Below, one piece after another: positions 38,580-51,684 of a stretch of DNA of 64,000 nt. The notes under the pieces are model-generated. The model did not search any database. It was not told where the DNA came from and was given only the letters and a program-made list of their open reading frames with translations. The DNA comes from Octopus sinensis (lineage: Eukaryota). The stretch's first letter is position 1. Each line of letters opens with the position of its first letter. Both the position numbers and the translations under genes were made by a program. The stretch is taken from contig NC_042999.1 in NCBI RefSeq assembly GCF_006345805.1, forward strand, positions 131,440,001 through 131,504,000, in the 5' to 3' direction.

Positions 38580-39125
38580 CTAACACCCATTCTTTCTTCA
38601 ATCTTCCATGTTACCCTATTTCTTTCACTTCCCCATACACTGAACCACTACCCTCTGGAGCCAACTCTTTCCCTGTTTCTAATATTCCATCACACTATTT
38701 TCACTCAGTGCACTTGCCTACATCTCTACCTTTTCTGCTTTTCTATCCTACTCTGTCTCATATTCATGTTGTACCTGATCCTTGCATTTCTTTCTTTACA
38801 CCCCTCTCTCCCTCTCTTTCCAAGTGGGCAAGCCATATATTCACCTCTTCTGCCATTGTCCCTCTATCATGGTTTCTTATTCCTCCAGTCTATATCCCAC
38901 TCAATTGAAAGGTCTTATCTTGTGGGTACTTGGCAACCTCACCGATACTAGTGCCACATAAAAAGCACCTAGTATATTCTGTTAAGTGGTTGGTGTTAGG
39001 AAGGGCACCCAACTGCAGAAACCATGCCTAAGTAGATACAGAACCTGGTGGGGCCTCTAAACTGTCTGTTTTTGTCAAACCACCATATCCATGGCAGCAT
39101 GGAAAAGAGGATGTATGATGATGAT
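38580..39125 (+). mobile_element. RTE 3' UTR (pyrimidine-rich subfamily) and tail
   Basis: Ends tggttggtgttaggaagggcaccc…catggcagcatggaaaagaggatg..(GAT)n; similar to ~53400-53865. Confidence 0.6.
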
Positions 39126-39486
39126 GGTGGTGGTGGTAGTGGTGGTGTGTGTGTGTGTGAGCATACAAGTGTGTGCATATGTGTGTGTGTGTGTGTGAGT
39201 GTATATCACCAATATCAACACTTTTATGATTTTTCTTTTACATAGAATTAGTATATAAGTAAAATATATTCATTTTATGGAAAATTTTATGGAATATTCA
39301 TATAATCATTTTATTAAAAAATTATTGTCACTTACATTGTATTATCTTAATTATATCCACAGACTTCATGAAATTATTCTTATAATATTCCTAAAGGAAT
39401 CATACAATTAATGATTAACCAACGACTAGGTTTCTCGGTAATCATTGCTTTCTTTGAAGCCAAGATCACCTTTGGCCAAGATCACC

Positions 39487-39707
39487 TTAACTCATTAGCA
39501 TTTAAGCTGGCCATACCCAACCCAAATATTCTACCTGTTTTATGTTCAAACTGGCCGGATCCAGCCTCTCACACCTTCCTGACAATGTTATTAAAATATG
39601 CAATCACATTATCCAAATCTCAAAGCTACAAGATAATGCATGATTGATTCAAAACAATGTGAATAAGATTTTTAATTGGACAGAATAATCTGAATGCTAA
39701 AGGGTTA
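39487..39707. mobile_element. piggyBac-type MITE family A
   Basis: TTAActcattagcatt … aatgctaaagggtta. Confidence 0.8.
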
Positions 39708-42700
39708 TTTTTAATAGTAATCTAACATTAAATGAAAATGTAGAGATATTGTGGAGTAAACATGCCCTAAATGCTAGCCAAAATACCAACTTTCATTCCA
39801 AAGTATTGTATGCTTTTCAGAGTTTTATGTTATTGACTCTCACCAACAATCCTACAAATCTAATAACTCCCACCCACTCAGCTCACATAAATGTAAAAGA
39901 GACACAAAAATAGTAGCAGCATCCTTAATCTCATTAGCCCAAATCATTGTGCTGATTTGCACATCACCAATGTTAAGTGCAGAGAAACAGCAACAATTGC
40001 ACTCTGATAAAGTCTGGTCACTAGCCATTAATACTTACAGTTATATATAACAACAGGCTTGACAGTGGAGAAAAGCAACATGTGCAGACCATCAGATTGC
40101 ACTTCATGTACTGAGGTGTTGTATGTTAGACAGCAATATATCTGGATCAATTAATCTGTAGATCACATTTAGTCATTCAATTGTCTACCTACGTGTCATA
40201 GGTGTGGCTTTTAAAGATAAGCTGGAGTTAAGTAACAACTGAAACAATATTTGTACTGAAACCTAACTAAATAAAGACAAAAACTATGAGAACTTTAAAA
40301 ATGTATAAGGATGAATGCATGTGTGTGTTTGTGAGAGGTATGCATGTTTGTGATTTTATTACAGTATTAAAGAAATAGTTGTGAAAGATTAGGTTGTCAT
40401 GACTCTGTTGTAGGATATCCTCAAGGTTTCTAATCATGTACAAAATGCAAGTCATTAATGCAGTATTTAGATATCTTGCAGATTATGCATGTGTGTGCCA
40501 GAAGTTATGGAATAGTGAAAGGTAGTACGGTCCGCCGTTGTGATCTAGCTAACTTATTTTTTAAAATTTGTACCAAATAATAGTTTGACATGATTACAGC
40601 CTCTTTACATACTTTTAGAATGCAATGTGTCCAGAACATTTCTATATAAGTCAATTTAGGAAGTTTAGAACCAGAAAGAAAATCACAATCATTGACCTTT
40701 CTTGTTATTTCTGTCTTGAAGAATGAAAAAACAACAAATACTTGGGGATTGACAAGACTATATTCAACATGAACAACTAAGGAGTATTATACAAGACTCA
40801 GAAAGGTTTGGCAGATTTCAAAAATTGTATCCCACAATGCATTTTCAATATCAGTACCAACATTCAGTTGGTGCTGGTGTTGTACCAACATTCAGGATAA
40901 TGAATTGGATAGAGTAAATTCTCTTTATTGACAGAAGAACCTGAAATGTTTCAACATTAACTAGAAGCTTCCACTGGACCCCAGACCATATTCCTGCTCA
41001 CCACTATCAGAGCAGAGATAGCTGTCCACAAGTGTGAGCCCTATGAGTCAGAGTGGTTCCAGTGCATCACCCTTGCCATCCTCCAGGACAATACCTTTTT
41101 CATTTTCTCTGCTGGGACCATGAAGCAGTCTGACTTACAGGAAATTGTACATTCCACTCAATTTTTATCATTAAGATAATTTATTAAGATAATTTTTGTT
41201 TCCTTCTCATCATAATAATCAATAGCAGACAGTATTTCAGGAATAAACAAAGAAACAGAAGCTTAGGATCCATCCTGACAGCTATTAAATGCAATGTGTA
41301 AATAGTAAAAGACACATGTTCTAAAAAAGTACTCGGGATCTGGTAATATTCCATGCAATCTCAGATCTGTGAGACAGATAAAAGCTTATTACAAATGAAG
41401 AGGAGAAATATGTAAACCAAAAGTTAATCAAGGTTATCTATTCAGTAAACTCGAAAATTATCCATGAATAAGGATTGTCAATTTCCTTGAAGATTAGTTA
41501 CTATTATATCATGTCACAATTTGAAGATTTTCTTTTTCTTTTTAATCTTGAGATTAAAATATGGCTACAGAATATCTTGTAAATAAAATAAAGATACTGA
41601 AGCTTCCAAACCCCTAAGATGAGACTGAAAGATGTCTATTGTACCATAATCTAAAAAGGTCATATGTAATTTCAGCAGTTGCAAAAAAACATCATCAATT
41701 CAATCTTTTATATGAGTTTTTTTTTTGTCATGAAAACAATACACAATAGAAAATATAAGCATGAAAAGAACCACCACTGAGTCTACCTACATTCTTCAGC
41801 AAAGGGAATGTTCTAATCAAGAATTTTCCCAAATATGAAGTCCCTAGAACAGATATAGTAAAAGATAGAAAGAAAATCTACACAGTCGTTGATCTGAACT
41901 TTGATTCTCTTTACAGGCAGTGAATGATAATCACTATATGTGTATAGCAATCTATTCTGCATAAAACTTATAATGTATGTAATATACATCCATTAGATTA
42001 TTATGATGATTTCATATTCATATTTTTTTATGTTACCATGGTTGGAGAGGTCTCTATAAATGTAGATATATTATTGGACTAAGCTTATAATAGAATCTGT
42101 AGATGCTGAGAATAAATTTGAAGCTCAACTCAGACAATATGTGTGGATATATATCTATTTCACTAACAAGGAACTAAAACACTAGATGGCAATTCATTTT
42201 GAATTTTTACATTACTTAATAGAAATACTATATAGCCTCAGCTGTATGTATAAAATTAGGAGTGGAAAAAGATTAAGTGCAGTGAAGTGTTGTAAAATAA
42301 CACTCAAAAAACAATTATAAACAAGGACAAAATCCAAAATATTGAAATAAAATCTACTTCAGAAAATGAAGAAAACAATGTCATGTTGTTTTTTTAATTT
42401 TCTAAAATAGATTTACAAAAACACACACACTAAAGATGAAGACTGATCTCTAAAGAGTGTATCAATATCTACTTCAACCTACTTTGTTCCTGGTTTACCA
42501 TGGATTTCAGACTTGATTCTCAGTAACGATTTCTATACAGCATAAATTGATAAACCTTATGTTAAAATTTATTCAAAATAAAAACTTAGTCATCCAGAAG
42601 GTTGTTTATAAATGTCTGTTTAGAGATAGAACAATTTGAGGTACACTTTTTTGTGGTGATGGTGTAGGAGGGGCAGAGTGTTTACAATTGATGAGATACC

Positions 42701-44841
42701 ACAAATTCTGATAAAGAATCAACAGGAATCCAGATTAAGACTTGAAGTCAGATGAGGATGAAAAATTTCAGTTGGAAAATAATAATGTGTCTCAAACAAG
42801 GAGGCATATATCACACACACACGTGCACACAAACACATGCGTACTCGTGTGCATACACATACACACACACACATACACTGCTGGTATTCTATAACAAAAA
42901 CTTTTCCCAGGCTTACATATTGGAGAGGATCTTTCAAAGTATGAATCTGAGACTTCAGAAGATATACAGAGATTCTGATTATATCTACTTCATATAAATA
43001 TGTAAAGTATCAGATTCATATATCAATAGCTAAAGTATGTGTGTGTGTATGTGTGTGTACATGTTATTCAACTCTATGTAATGAAACCTTGCTCAATATG
43101 GTATAAAGTAGGGTATGTATGTGAGTATGCATATAACTGCATAACTGATAGGTATGTGTGTATGAATGTTATTGCATGTGTGATATGTTTTAATTCTATA
43201 TGATTTGTGCCTTTACAATGCACAAAAATGCTAAAACCAGAGCAGCTTTCCTCTGATATGAAAAGCATGGAGGTAGCATATTTTCATAATAGGCAGCATT
43301 TTCAGGATATGAATGCACAAATATAGTAAAGAAAAAGTTTTCATAATTTTCACTAATCATGACGCAGTATTTGTTTGAGAAAAAGCTTAATATTCTCAAC
43401 GTAGTATATATCTTAGCTTTACTTGTGTATTTGTACATACAAAAGATTAAACATCTGGAATGCTGCACATAATCCCACAATTCCATCTCTGGTTTATAAT
43501 TATAATTTCCTTATGAAAGCTGAGTCCTTCCTGGTTTTTGTGAAGTTTAAATTCTCAAGATTACTAGTGAGGCAGTTAATTAAATAATCAAATTCCTCAA
43601 TAATTACAAGTATAAACTTAAAGCTATAGACCAAGTGTTATATCCACAGATGTATCACTAATTCAGTATAGATGTTTTCCTATTCTTATTTCCTTAACAT
43701 TATGTTAATGCCAGTTGGGCAACTGATTTCTACTGGCCTGTTGTGTCTGCATTGTGCAGTGGTTTTAGCAAAACCATGCATGTTTTTTCTTCTTTAAAAT
43801 ATATTCAATTTTTACTTTTCAGAATTCAAACCAGTTACTAACAAAGTGACAAGGTTCTTTCATTTAACTCAAGTAAGCTTTTGGGGTTTGAGGATATGCA
43901 AATTGGTTATAATGTTGGCATGTGTGTGTATGTGTGGATACACTTGCACTCATGTAGCTGGTGTGCATGTCACTTTAATACACAAATGTGTGAGTACTTC
44001 ATTAGTGTGTGTGTGTATGCGTACATGCATGTATGTGTGTATGTTAATTATGTTTACACCTGATTGTACATATTTGTTCAGCCCAGAAATCTCAAATGAA
44101 AAATCCCTAGAATGCTTTACAGATGTTCACCGTAAGAAATTGTGGAGAACCCCAGCATTTCTCAGCTTTTATGCAAATTTGTTGTCACACAGCCTATGAC
44201 AATATGTACAAGTGAAAATCCATAGTCTGTATATAAGAGCTGCAAGATTCCAATTAGATCTCCATAGATGATATTCTTTTCCATAGTTTTTGATGAAACA
44301 TATTTTCACCAAGAAAATATTAGTTCTGTGCCCCATAGAACAATACCTAGCCTACTGCGTTTATACAAGTTTTTATTTTTTCATCAGAACGTTTTTATCA
44401 GATGTTTCACCAATATTCCATATTTTTTAAGGTGTGGATACATTCTGGTTGTATGGTCATCAAAGCAAATCTTTTTGTGCATAATATACTAGATGGTTTT
44501 AGTAACAGTGTTAATGTCTTATAGGAAGATAGCATTTTACAAATATTTTTAGAAAGTCAGTGATGATGTGTGTAATATCTTTCAAACTGGTAGAGTACAA
44601 TTGACATTGTGTGTAAGCAAGTATGTTTTCTTGCAAGTATGTTTGCCTGCAAGTATATACACAAATAGGTGTATAGATATCAATCTATCTATCTATCTAT
44701 CTATTTATCTATCTATCTATCCTACTATAGTCTGAAGTATATAGTGTTATAAATGATACACTGGTTTGCAAAGGCACTGCATAAGCAGAATAAATTTGAA
44801 TTATGCAATGAAAACAGCTCTATAGTGTGGGTGTATGTGTA

Positions 44842-44872
<31 letters not shown>

Positions 44873-45000
44873 TTAAGAGGAAAAATTGATGGATTTTTCC
44901 CTTATGAGGTTTTTCATGCTAACTACTTGATAAATTCTTCTAAAGATTTTATCCTGTTTTTAAATTATATGTGTGTGTGTGTGTGTGCGTACCAAAAATT

Positions 45001-45108
45001 CCTCACACTGATGAGAATGACAATGCATAAATTTAATTATAATTAATGTGGTTATAATTTTTTTCTTACGTATTTGTATTGTCTTTCGAAACGTGCGTAT
45101 GTATGGGA
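45001..45108 (+). ncRNA. Type-I hammerhead motif with elongated stem II
   Basis: ACA-CTGATGA-GAATGACAATGCA[47 nt]TGTATTGTCTTTC-GAAA-CGtgCG-T-A-TGT. Stem II is 12/13 paired; GUA triplet. Lies between (TG)n at ~44970 and (TG/TA)n at ~45350. Confidence 0.8.
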
Positions 45109-45389
45109 TCCGATTTTGTATTAAATCTAATTTTGATTCAACATCTTTTTCCCTCCATTTCTTTATACTTGTTTATGGTATATTTATACCTATAACGAAA
45201 TTTTTCAACTATTATTTTCATATTCTTATTATTTGCTCTGGCTGATTTTTATGAATATGATGAATCTTTATTAGAAATAATTTTTTTTTCTCTTTTTTGG
45301 ATCTCTCAAAAAGTTCGAGTTGTTCTTTTTGAACTTACTTTTTTTTATATATTATTATGTGTGTGTGTATGTATATATGTGTATGTGTG

Positions 45390-45420
<31 letters not shown>

Positions 45421-45467
45421 ATGTATATATTTATATATATGTATATATTTATATATGTGTGTGTATA

Positions 45468-45516
<49 letters not shown>

Positions 45517-45530
45517 ACACACACACACAC

Positions 45531-45602
<72 letters not shown>

Positions 45603-46140
45603 ATGCACACACAAATTACATATAAATACACCACAACACAATGACACACACTCAGATACACCTAATAAATCAACACTTCTTCCATGTTCTAACTATTCTG
45701 GATTTTTACATTTCTTTTTGATTATTTTTAGCAGTTAACATAATGAATAATCTATAAATTTTCCATTTTGAAAGAATACCAAGCTGAGAGTGTTGACAAT
45801 TTGTATGTCCACAGTTTTAAAAGAGCTGTAAACATACATATTTATTTCCCCAGTGAGTGTGCATACATATGTGTGAATGTATTTTGCTTTTCTCCATGAA
45901 TGCTTAGGACTGAATATTTGTCTTTGCTCAATGGACAACTCTGATGAGAAAATAAAAAGGAGAGTTAACATTCAGATTGATATTATAGTACAATGTCATT
46001 ACAGTTTTTATAACCTAAATTTGAAGAGATCAGTATGTTTTATTGCATTCACGTTATAGAAATTTTGGATTTACATCATGGGTCACTGTTTAGCCCTCAC
46101 CACTAAGGAAAAAATTCCACTACTTCACAAGAATACAGCT

Positions 46141-46289
46141 GCAGGAGTGACTATGTGGTAAGAAACTTGCTTCCCAACCACATGGCTTTGGGTTCAGTCT
46201 CACTCTTTGGCAGTTTTGCTCTTTATATAGTACCAGGACAACCAGAGCTTTGTGAGTGGATTTGGTAGACAGGGGCTAAAAGTAGCCTG

Positions 46290-46352
<63 letters not shown>

Positions 46353-46590
46353 ACTATCTCCTTGCCTTGAATTCATGTAACAGTTATAAAATGAATGTCA
46401 CCACCATACAAATGGTATCCTTTGTTTACAATATTCCGTAAAAACATGTCTGAAAATGGTGAAATATTGCCTTGTTAGTTAACAGGTGAAGGTTGATAAT
46501 AGAAAGGGCATCCAACTATACAAAATCCACTATAACAAATTCCATCTAGAATCCATGCAAGAAAGGAAAAGTAGACATTGACACCATGAT
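46141..46590 (+). mobile_element. SINE with RTE-derived tail, followed by (GAA)n(GAT)n(GGA)n
   Basis: tRNA/CORE-like head, (GT)n, then …gaaagggcatcc…catgcaagaaaggaaaagtagacatt. Confidence 0.7.
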
Positions 46591-47394
46591 GACAATGACA
46601 AGGAAGAAGAAGAAGAAGAAGAAGAAGAAGAAGATGATGATGATGATGATGATGATAATGATGATGATGATAATGATGATGATAATGATGATGATGATGA
46701 TGAGGAGGAGGAGGGGGAGGAGGAGGAGGAGGAGGATATGAAATTTGGGTATATTCCTTCAACTGCTAAATGAGACAATCTTAATATGCTTGCCATGTAA
46801 AGAGATATTTGGAAATATAACAAAAAAAAAAAAAATTCTTTTAACTACCTTAAAAGGATGTATTCAGAAAAGAATAAACAACGATTTTCAATATTTTAAG
46901 ACACTGAAAGAAAGGTTTGTAAAACATATACCCTTAATAATTCTTCAAGTCCCATCTCATGTTTATACAGAAAGGAAAATGAAGGCCTCTGACATTATAT
47001 CTTTTAACATAGCAAAACTAGAATGCTATATACAGCTGGAGAGGATATTATATGAACCATAATGGAAGTCATAAAGACCATTACAAAGGCCTCTGAATCC
47101 ATTAAGGTTATTCTGCCGAGTAGTAATGTAAACTTCTTCAATTATCGCTTTACGTTTTTTTTTTTTTTATTTATCTCCCCTGTATTATTAATGATAGCCT
47201 ACCAGTTTTCATTTTCTCTCAAGACACAAACAGGGATGTTGTAGTTAAAAAGTTTGCTTTCAATCCATGTGATCTTGAGTTCAGTTCCTCTGCACGGCAC
47301 CATACGTATCTTCTGATACATCCCTGGGCCAACCAAAGCTTTGTGAATGGAAACTAAAAGAAAGCTCATCATATATGTGTGCTTGTGTGAGGAT

Positions 47395-47541
47395 TGGTTG
47401 GCGTTAGGAAGGGCATCCAGCTGTAGAAACACTGCCAGATCAGACTGGAGCCTGGTGCAGCCTTCTGGCTTCCCAGATCCCCGGTCAAACCGTCCAACCC
47501 ATGCTAGCATGGAGAACGGACGTTAAACGATGATGATGATG
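47395..47541 (+). mobile_element. Young RTE 3' end
   Basis: Near-identical to 59741-59885; (GAT)n tail. Confidence 0.85.
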
Positions 47542-47545
47542 AAGA

Positions 47546-47842
47546 TGCATGCCTTAATGGTTAGAGTATTCAACTCACGATCATAAGGTCATGAGTTTGA
47601 TTCCTAGCAATGCATTGTGTTCTTGAGCAAGACACTTTATTTCACATTGTTTCAGTCCACTCAGCTGACAAGAGTCAGTAGTATCTGTAATTCAAAGGAC
47701 CAGTCTTGTCACACTGAATTTCCCTGAGAACTACATTAAGGGTACGTGTGTCTGTGGAGTTCTCAGCCACTTTCACGAGCAGGATGTTCCATTGATAGGA
47801 TCAACTGGAACTCTTGTCATTGTAACCGACGGAGTGTCAGTT
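47546..47842 (+). mobile_element. CORE-like SINE
   Basis: tRNA head, then tgtgttcttgagcaagacacttt; collinear with 27375-27910. Confidence 0.75.
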
Positions 47843-48688
47843 CATTTACATTCGTGCTCACTTATTCAAAAGTTACAACATTCATGCAATGTTTATGTAA
47901 ACGTTTATCTTGTCAAATTGCTTGTATGTTCCATGCTTTCAAAGCTGCATGAAATATGAGATCCCTTATTCGAAAAACAGTTAAGGATTACCATTAGGCA
48001 GTTTCTATCTCTTAGATGTGAAGTCTCCTGTTTCTGCTTTTCAATCTGTACTACAGTGGCTTCTGCTTCCTGGAACCAACTGATCTCATGTTACTTCTAC
48101 TCAGGCATTTCTAACTCACATATCTCTCTATTCCCCTTGTCACCTGTATAGTGTCCACTTCACCAAGACTTCAGCCTTTCTTCCTAGAATACTGGCAGTC
48201 TACAATTCCTTCCTACAAAATTTCTTTGCAACTGTCAACTTATAACAGTTGAAGCAGGACACTACCAATGCCGATCTCAACAATCTCAGAAGGTCTGTAC
48301 GTGTAATGAGAACAGCTCCTTCCTCCACACTAAATTAATTTTCAATGAAAAACCCAGTTAGTAACTTAGTTCCTTTTTCTGTTTGAAAGCTACACTCCAC
48401 AAAGTATATGCTATAAATCTGATGCAATAAGATATGGCAGGAAAAAGTTATGGTTATCAGTTATGAATTGAGTTTAATCCTCTGGGTATAGATTAGCTTC
48501 AAGTGAGTGGAGAAAAAGAATTGACAACATCAAAAACTTTAGGGAAAGCCTATAGCAGAAACAAAAATGTAAGAAAAATTAAAATTTCTGAGTGAAAAAA
48601 ATGCTTTCAAAGAGTAAGAAGAAATAAATCAGATCTAAAAACATTGTATCTCATCTCCAAGCTGAGACAGGTCAAACATCATCTAGAT

Positions 48689-48876
48689 CAATGCTCTTGC
48701 AACTGGTATACCATGGCACACTGGTGTTCCACAAGACAATGCTAGGTGTGCCACAATGTAACCTGAATATAGTTTTTTTTCCTTATACTTTTAGTTATAT
48801 TTTTAGTTCAGGTGTGCCGCCAAATTTTGAAAAGAACATAAGTGTACCGCAAGTGAAAAAAGGTTGCGGAACAATG
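48689..48876. mobile_element. hAT MITE
   Basis: Perfect 8-bp TSD atctagat (48681-48688 and 48877-48884); imperfect TIRs caatgctcttgcaac / gttgcggaacaatg. Confidence 0.85.
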
Positions 48877-51129
48877 ATCTAGATGATAAAGGACAAATAT
48901 CTCCAAGCTGAGCATAGGATAAATATACAAGAGAAGTTGTCTTGTACACCCATTTAATCAAAACCACAATGGAAAAAAAATAAATGCTTAAACAATGATG
49001 GTCATTATTATACTAATGTGTTTTCTAACTAAATGCTCTCTTATCTCTAAACACTTGTCCATGGAGTAGGAGTAGTATCTGTTAGCAACTAGACAGGAAG
49101 GCTTAAAACGGAATGTATATGGGAAATAAAAGTGGAATATTTCAAAAGCAAACACAATATGGAAAGACGCAGCAAAGTATTGAAGTGGAAGAGTGACAAA
49201 CTGAAACTAGTCTAAATAACAGATTTAAGTAAGAAAATTGAATATAAATTGACTGCAAACTAAGAAAGCGACAAAGTATAAGAAATCAGTAATTTAACAA
49301 TTAAAGACAAAAAAACAAGATAACTGGCTGTTTAAGAGATTTTATTTATTAACACAATAAATCTGTGAACAGCATCTGAGTATTTAAGATAACATTTGAT
49401 AGAGGAGTTCCCATTCTTACCCAGTGATACTTTAGATGTTAAAGAGAGGAAGTTAAGAGAAAGTCAGAAATTCCATAAGTAGCAAGATCATGTGACACTG
49501 ATATTTACTTCAACTATGTCATAGCAATGCACTACAAAATCATTTGGTAAACATCACATATGCAACATTCACCACATCCTTTAAAACTTTACCAATTTGG
49601 TCATAATTGTATAAATTATTATAAAACTTATATATGCTGACAGAGCATTTAAACAAATATTTTCAGTAGCAGTAGAGAAAAAAAATCCTGATGCAAACAA
49701 GGATTACAATTCCATATAGAATATTTTTTATTTATCCTAGATATTTCAGCTGCTAAGAGTAACAGGATTGATTTCATATTTGTTTCTTAAATAATAACAG
49801 TAACAATGGTTGATGAAAATTATACCAAGTCTGCCATCATTATCATTATCATCATCATCATCATTATCCACATCCTAGTTTTAAATTCTGCTTCTTCTAT
49901 GCAAGCATGGAGTGCTGAAATCTTGTGTTTCCTGATTTTTTATCATTTTAATCTGTGAGATCAACCTCATTATTTTGCTCATCATTTACTGCAAAACCTC
50001 TCACAGCACACATTTTCACTTTCATTCATCCATATATACTTTTCACATCATATTCCTATCCTACAGACACCCTAAACACAACACATCTTTTTCTTACCAG
50101 TATCAATTCAACCAGCTAAGCAACAAACTTATGTATCACCCTCCAGCAAAATACTGGAATAGTCTACAGTCTTCAACATTTAGTTCTTCACCTGATTAAA
50201 CCAGTGCATGTACTGCATCTGTTTGTAATTTGTAATTTATTATTTTAAAATTTACAGCTTATGATAATATTTATAATGAAGATCTGTTGAGATATCAATC
50301 CTAATGCCAATACCAGTTAATTATTCAGTTTATTTACATTATTTTAGACAAAGTTTAAGAATGGGGTTATAATAGTTATACTAGTCTTAATGTAACGAAG
50401 GGCAAAGAAAGTCAGTTTAAGCTCACAACTAACTCTGAGTAAAAGAAAATAGTAACATATAGAAATCATTGCTGCTAGACATATCAGATTCATTACACAA
50501 GTATATATGCTACATTATTAAGACGCAACATAGCTTGGATGATAATCAGGAGAAAAAAAAAAGTGCTACTGCTGCTGCTACTACTACCACTATTACTTTT
50601 CAAAGATTTTAGTTACAATATTTTCAGCTTTTGTCAAAACTGTCACAGAGCTCTGAAATGATAGAGATAACCACAGTAATTCTAGGAGCCTAATTTTTAT
50701 ATAATTAAGTTTCATATAGTTTGGATATAAAACTGAAATTACTATCAAAATGTATATTCATATTTCATTTAGTGGAAAGTAGGAATGTTAATAAACTGTG
50801 ATGGGATTGCTAGAAATAAAATGCAAACTATCTACTTCCTTTTTAAACTTCTTACTTTCTCAGAAAATTAATAAGTATAAAATTAGAAGTGTTACTTTAA
50901 CTTTTGGTTTAAAATTCCAGACTGATAATTTAAAATATTTTGTTTAGAAGAATGTTTAGATTTTTTAATCTGGGACAGTGAATGGTAGAATCAATAGAAT
51001 ATTAGACAAAATACCTCGTGGTATCATGTACTGACCCTTTAAGCTCTGACTTCAAATCCCATACGGTTTGTTTACCTTCTGAAGCCCTTGAAATAACAAC
51101 CAGTCAAGTATTTGGGACGATAAAAACAT

Positions 51130-51566
51130 TTAACTCTTTAGCATTCAGATTAATTTGTTTAATGCAATGGTTATTTGTTTAAATTGTTTTGAACTAATCC
51201 TGCGTCATCTCACAGCTCATGACTTCAATGATGCAATTGTTTATTGCATGACCTTGTAGGATTGGTATGAGAGACTGGACCTGGCCAGTATGAACATAAA
51301 ACTGGTCAAATATTAGGGCCAAATATGGCAGTTTAACCCTTTTGCTACCAACCAGGCTGAAACCGCCTCTCACCCTGTAGTACAAATATCTTGTTTTCAA
51401 AAGTTCTGAATTAAAATCTTCCACCAAACATTGGTCACAATTTATGTTCCTAACACTAGCTTAACTAAGTTATTTTACTAAATTCTTCATTATATTTAAT
51501 ATTAACTGAAAGAAACAGAACATCTCAACAGAAACGTGGTAACAAAAGGGTTAAATGCTAAATTAA
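51130..51566. mobile_element. MITE family A with a family B copy (51333-51554) nested at a TTAA near its right end
   Basis: …atatggcagt[TTAAcccttttgctacc…ggtaacaaaagggTTAA]atgctaaaTTAA. Confidence 0.85.
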
Positions 51567-51684
51567 TGACTACACCACAATGTGGGAACCATCTAGTGAC
51601 TGAAATCACTAAGTTGCTTTAATTGCGAAATAATGTTACATCATAGAAATAAATTTGGCTTGTTAAATCATAACAGTTTTAGCC

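Noticed and set aside
40920-41140. Acceptor-like ttctctttattgacag followed by more GC-balanced sequence
   Set aside because: Stops occur in all three frames shortly after the AG, and no recognisable protein results.
10728-46823. Many ORFs rich in YI/HT/CV/MYVC/poly-H/poly-S (e.g. 20059-20742, 35186-35627, 45320-45738, 46475-46823)
   Set aside because: They are translations of (TA)n, (CA)n, (TACA)n and (GAT)n microsatellites, not genes.
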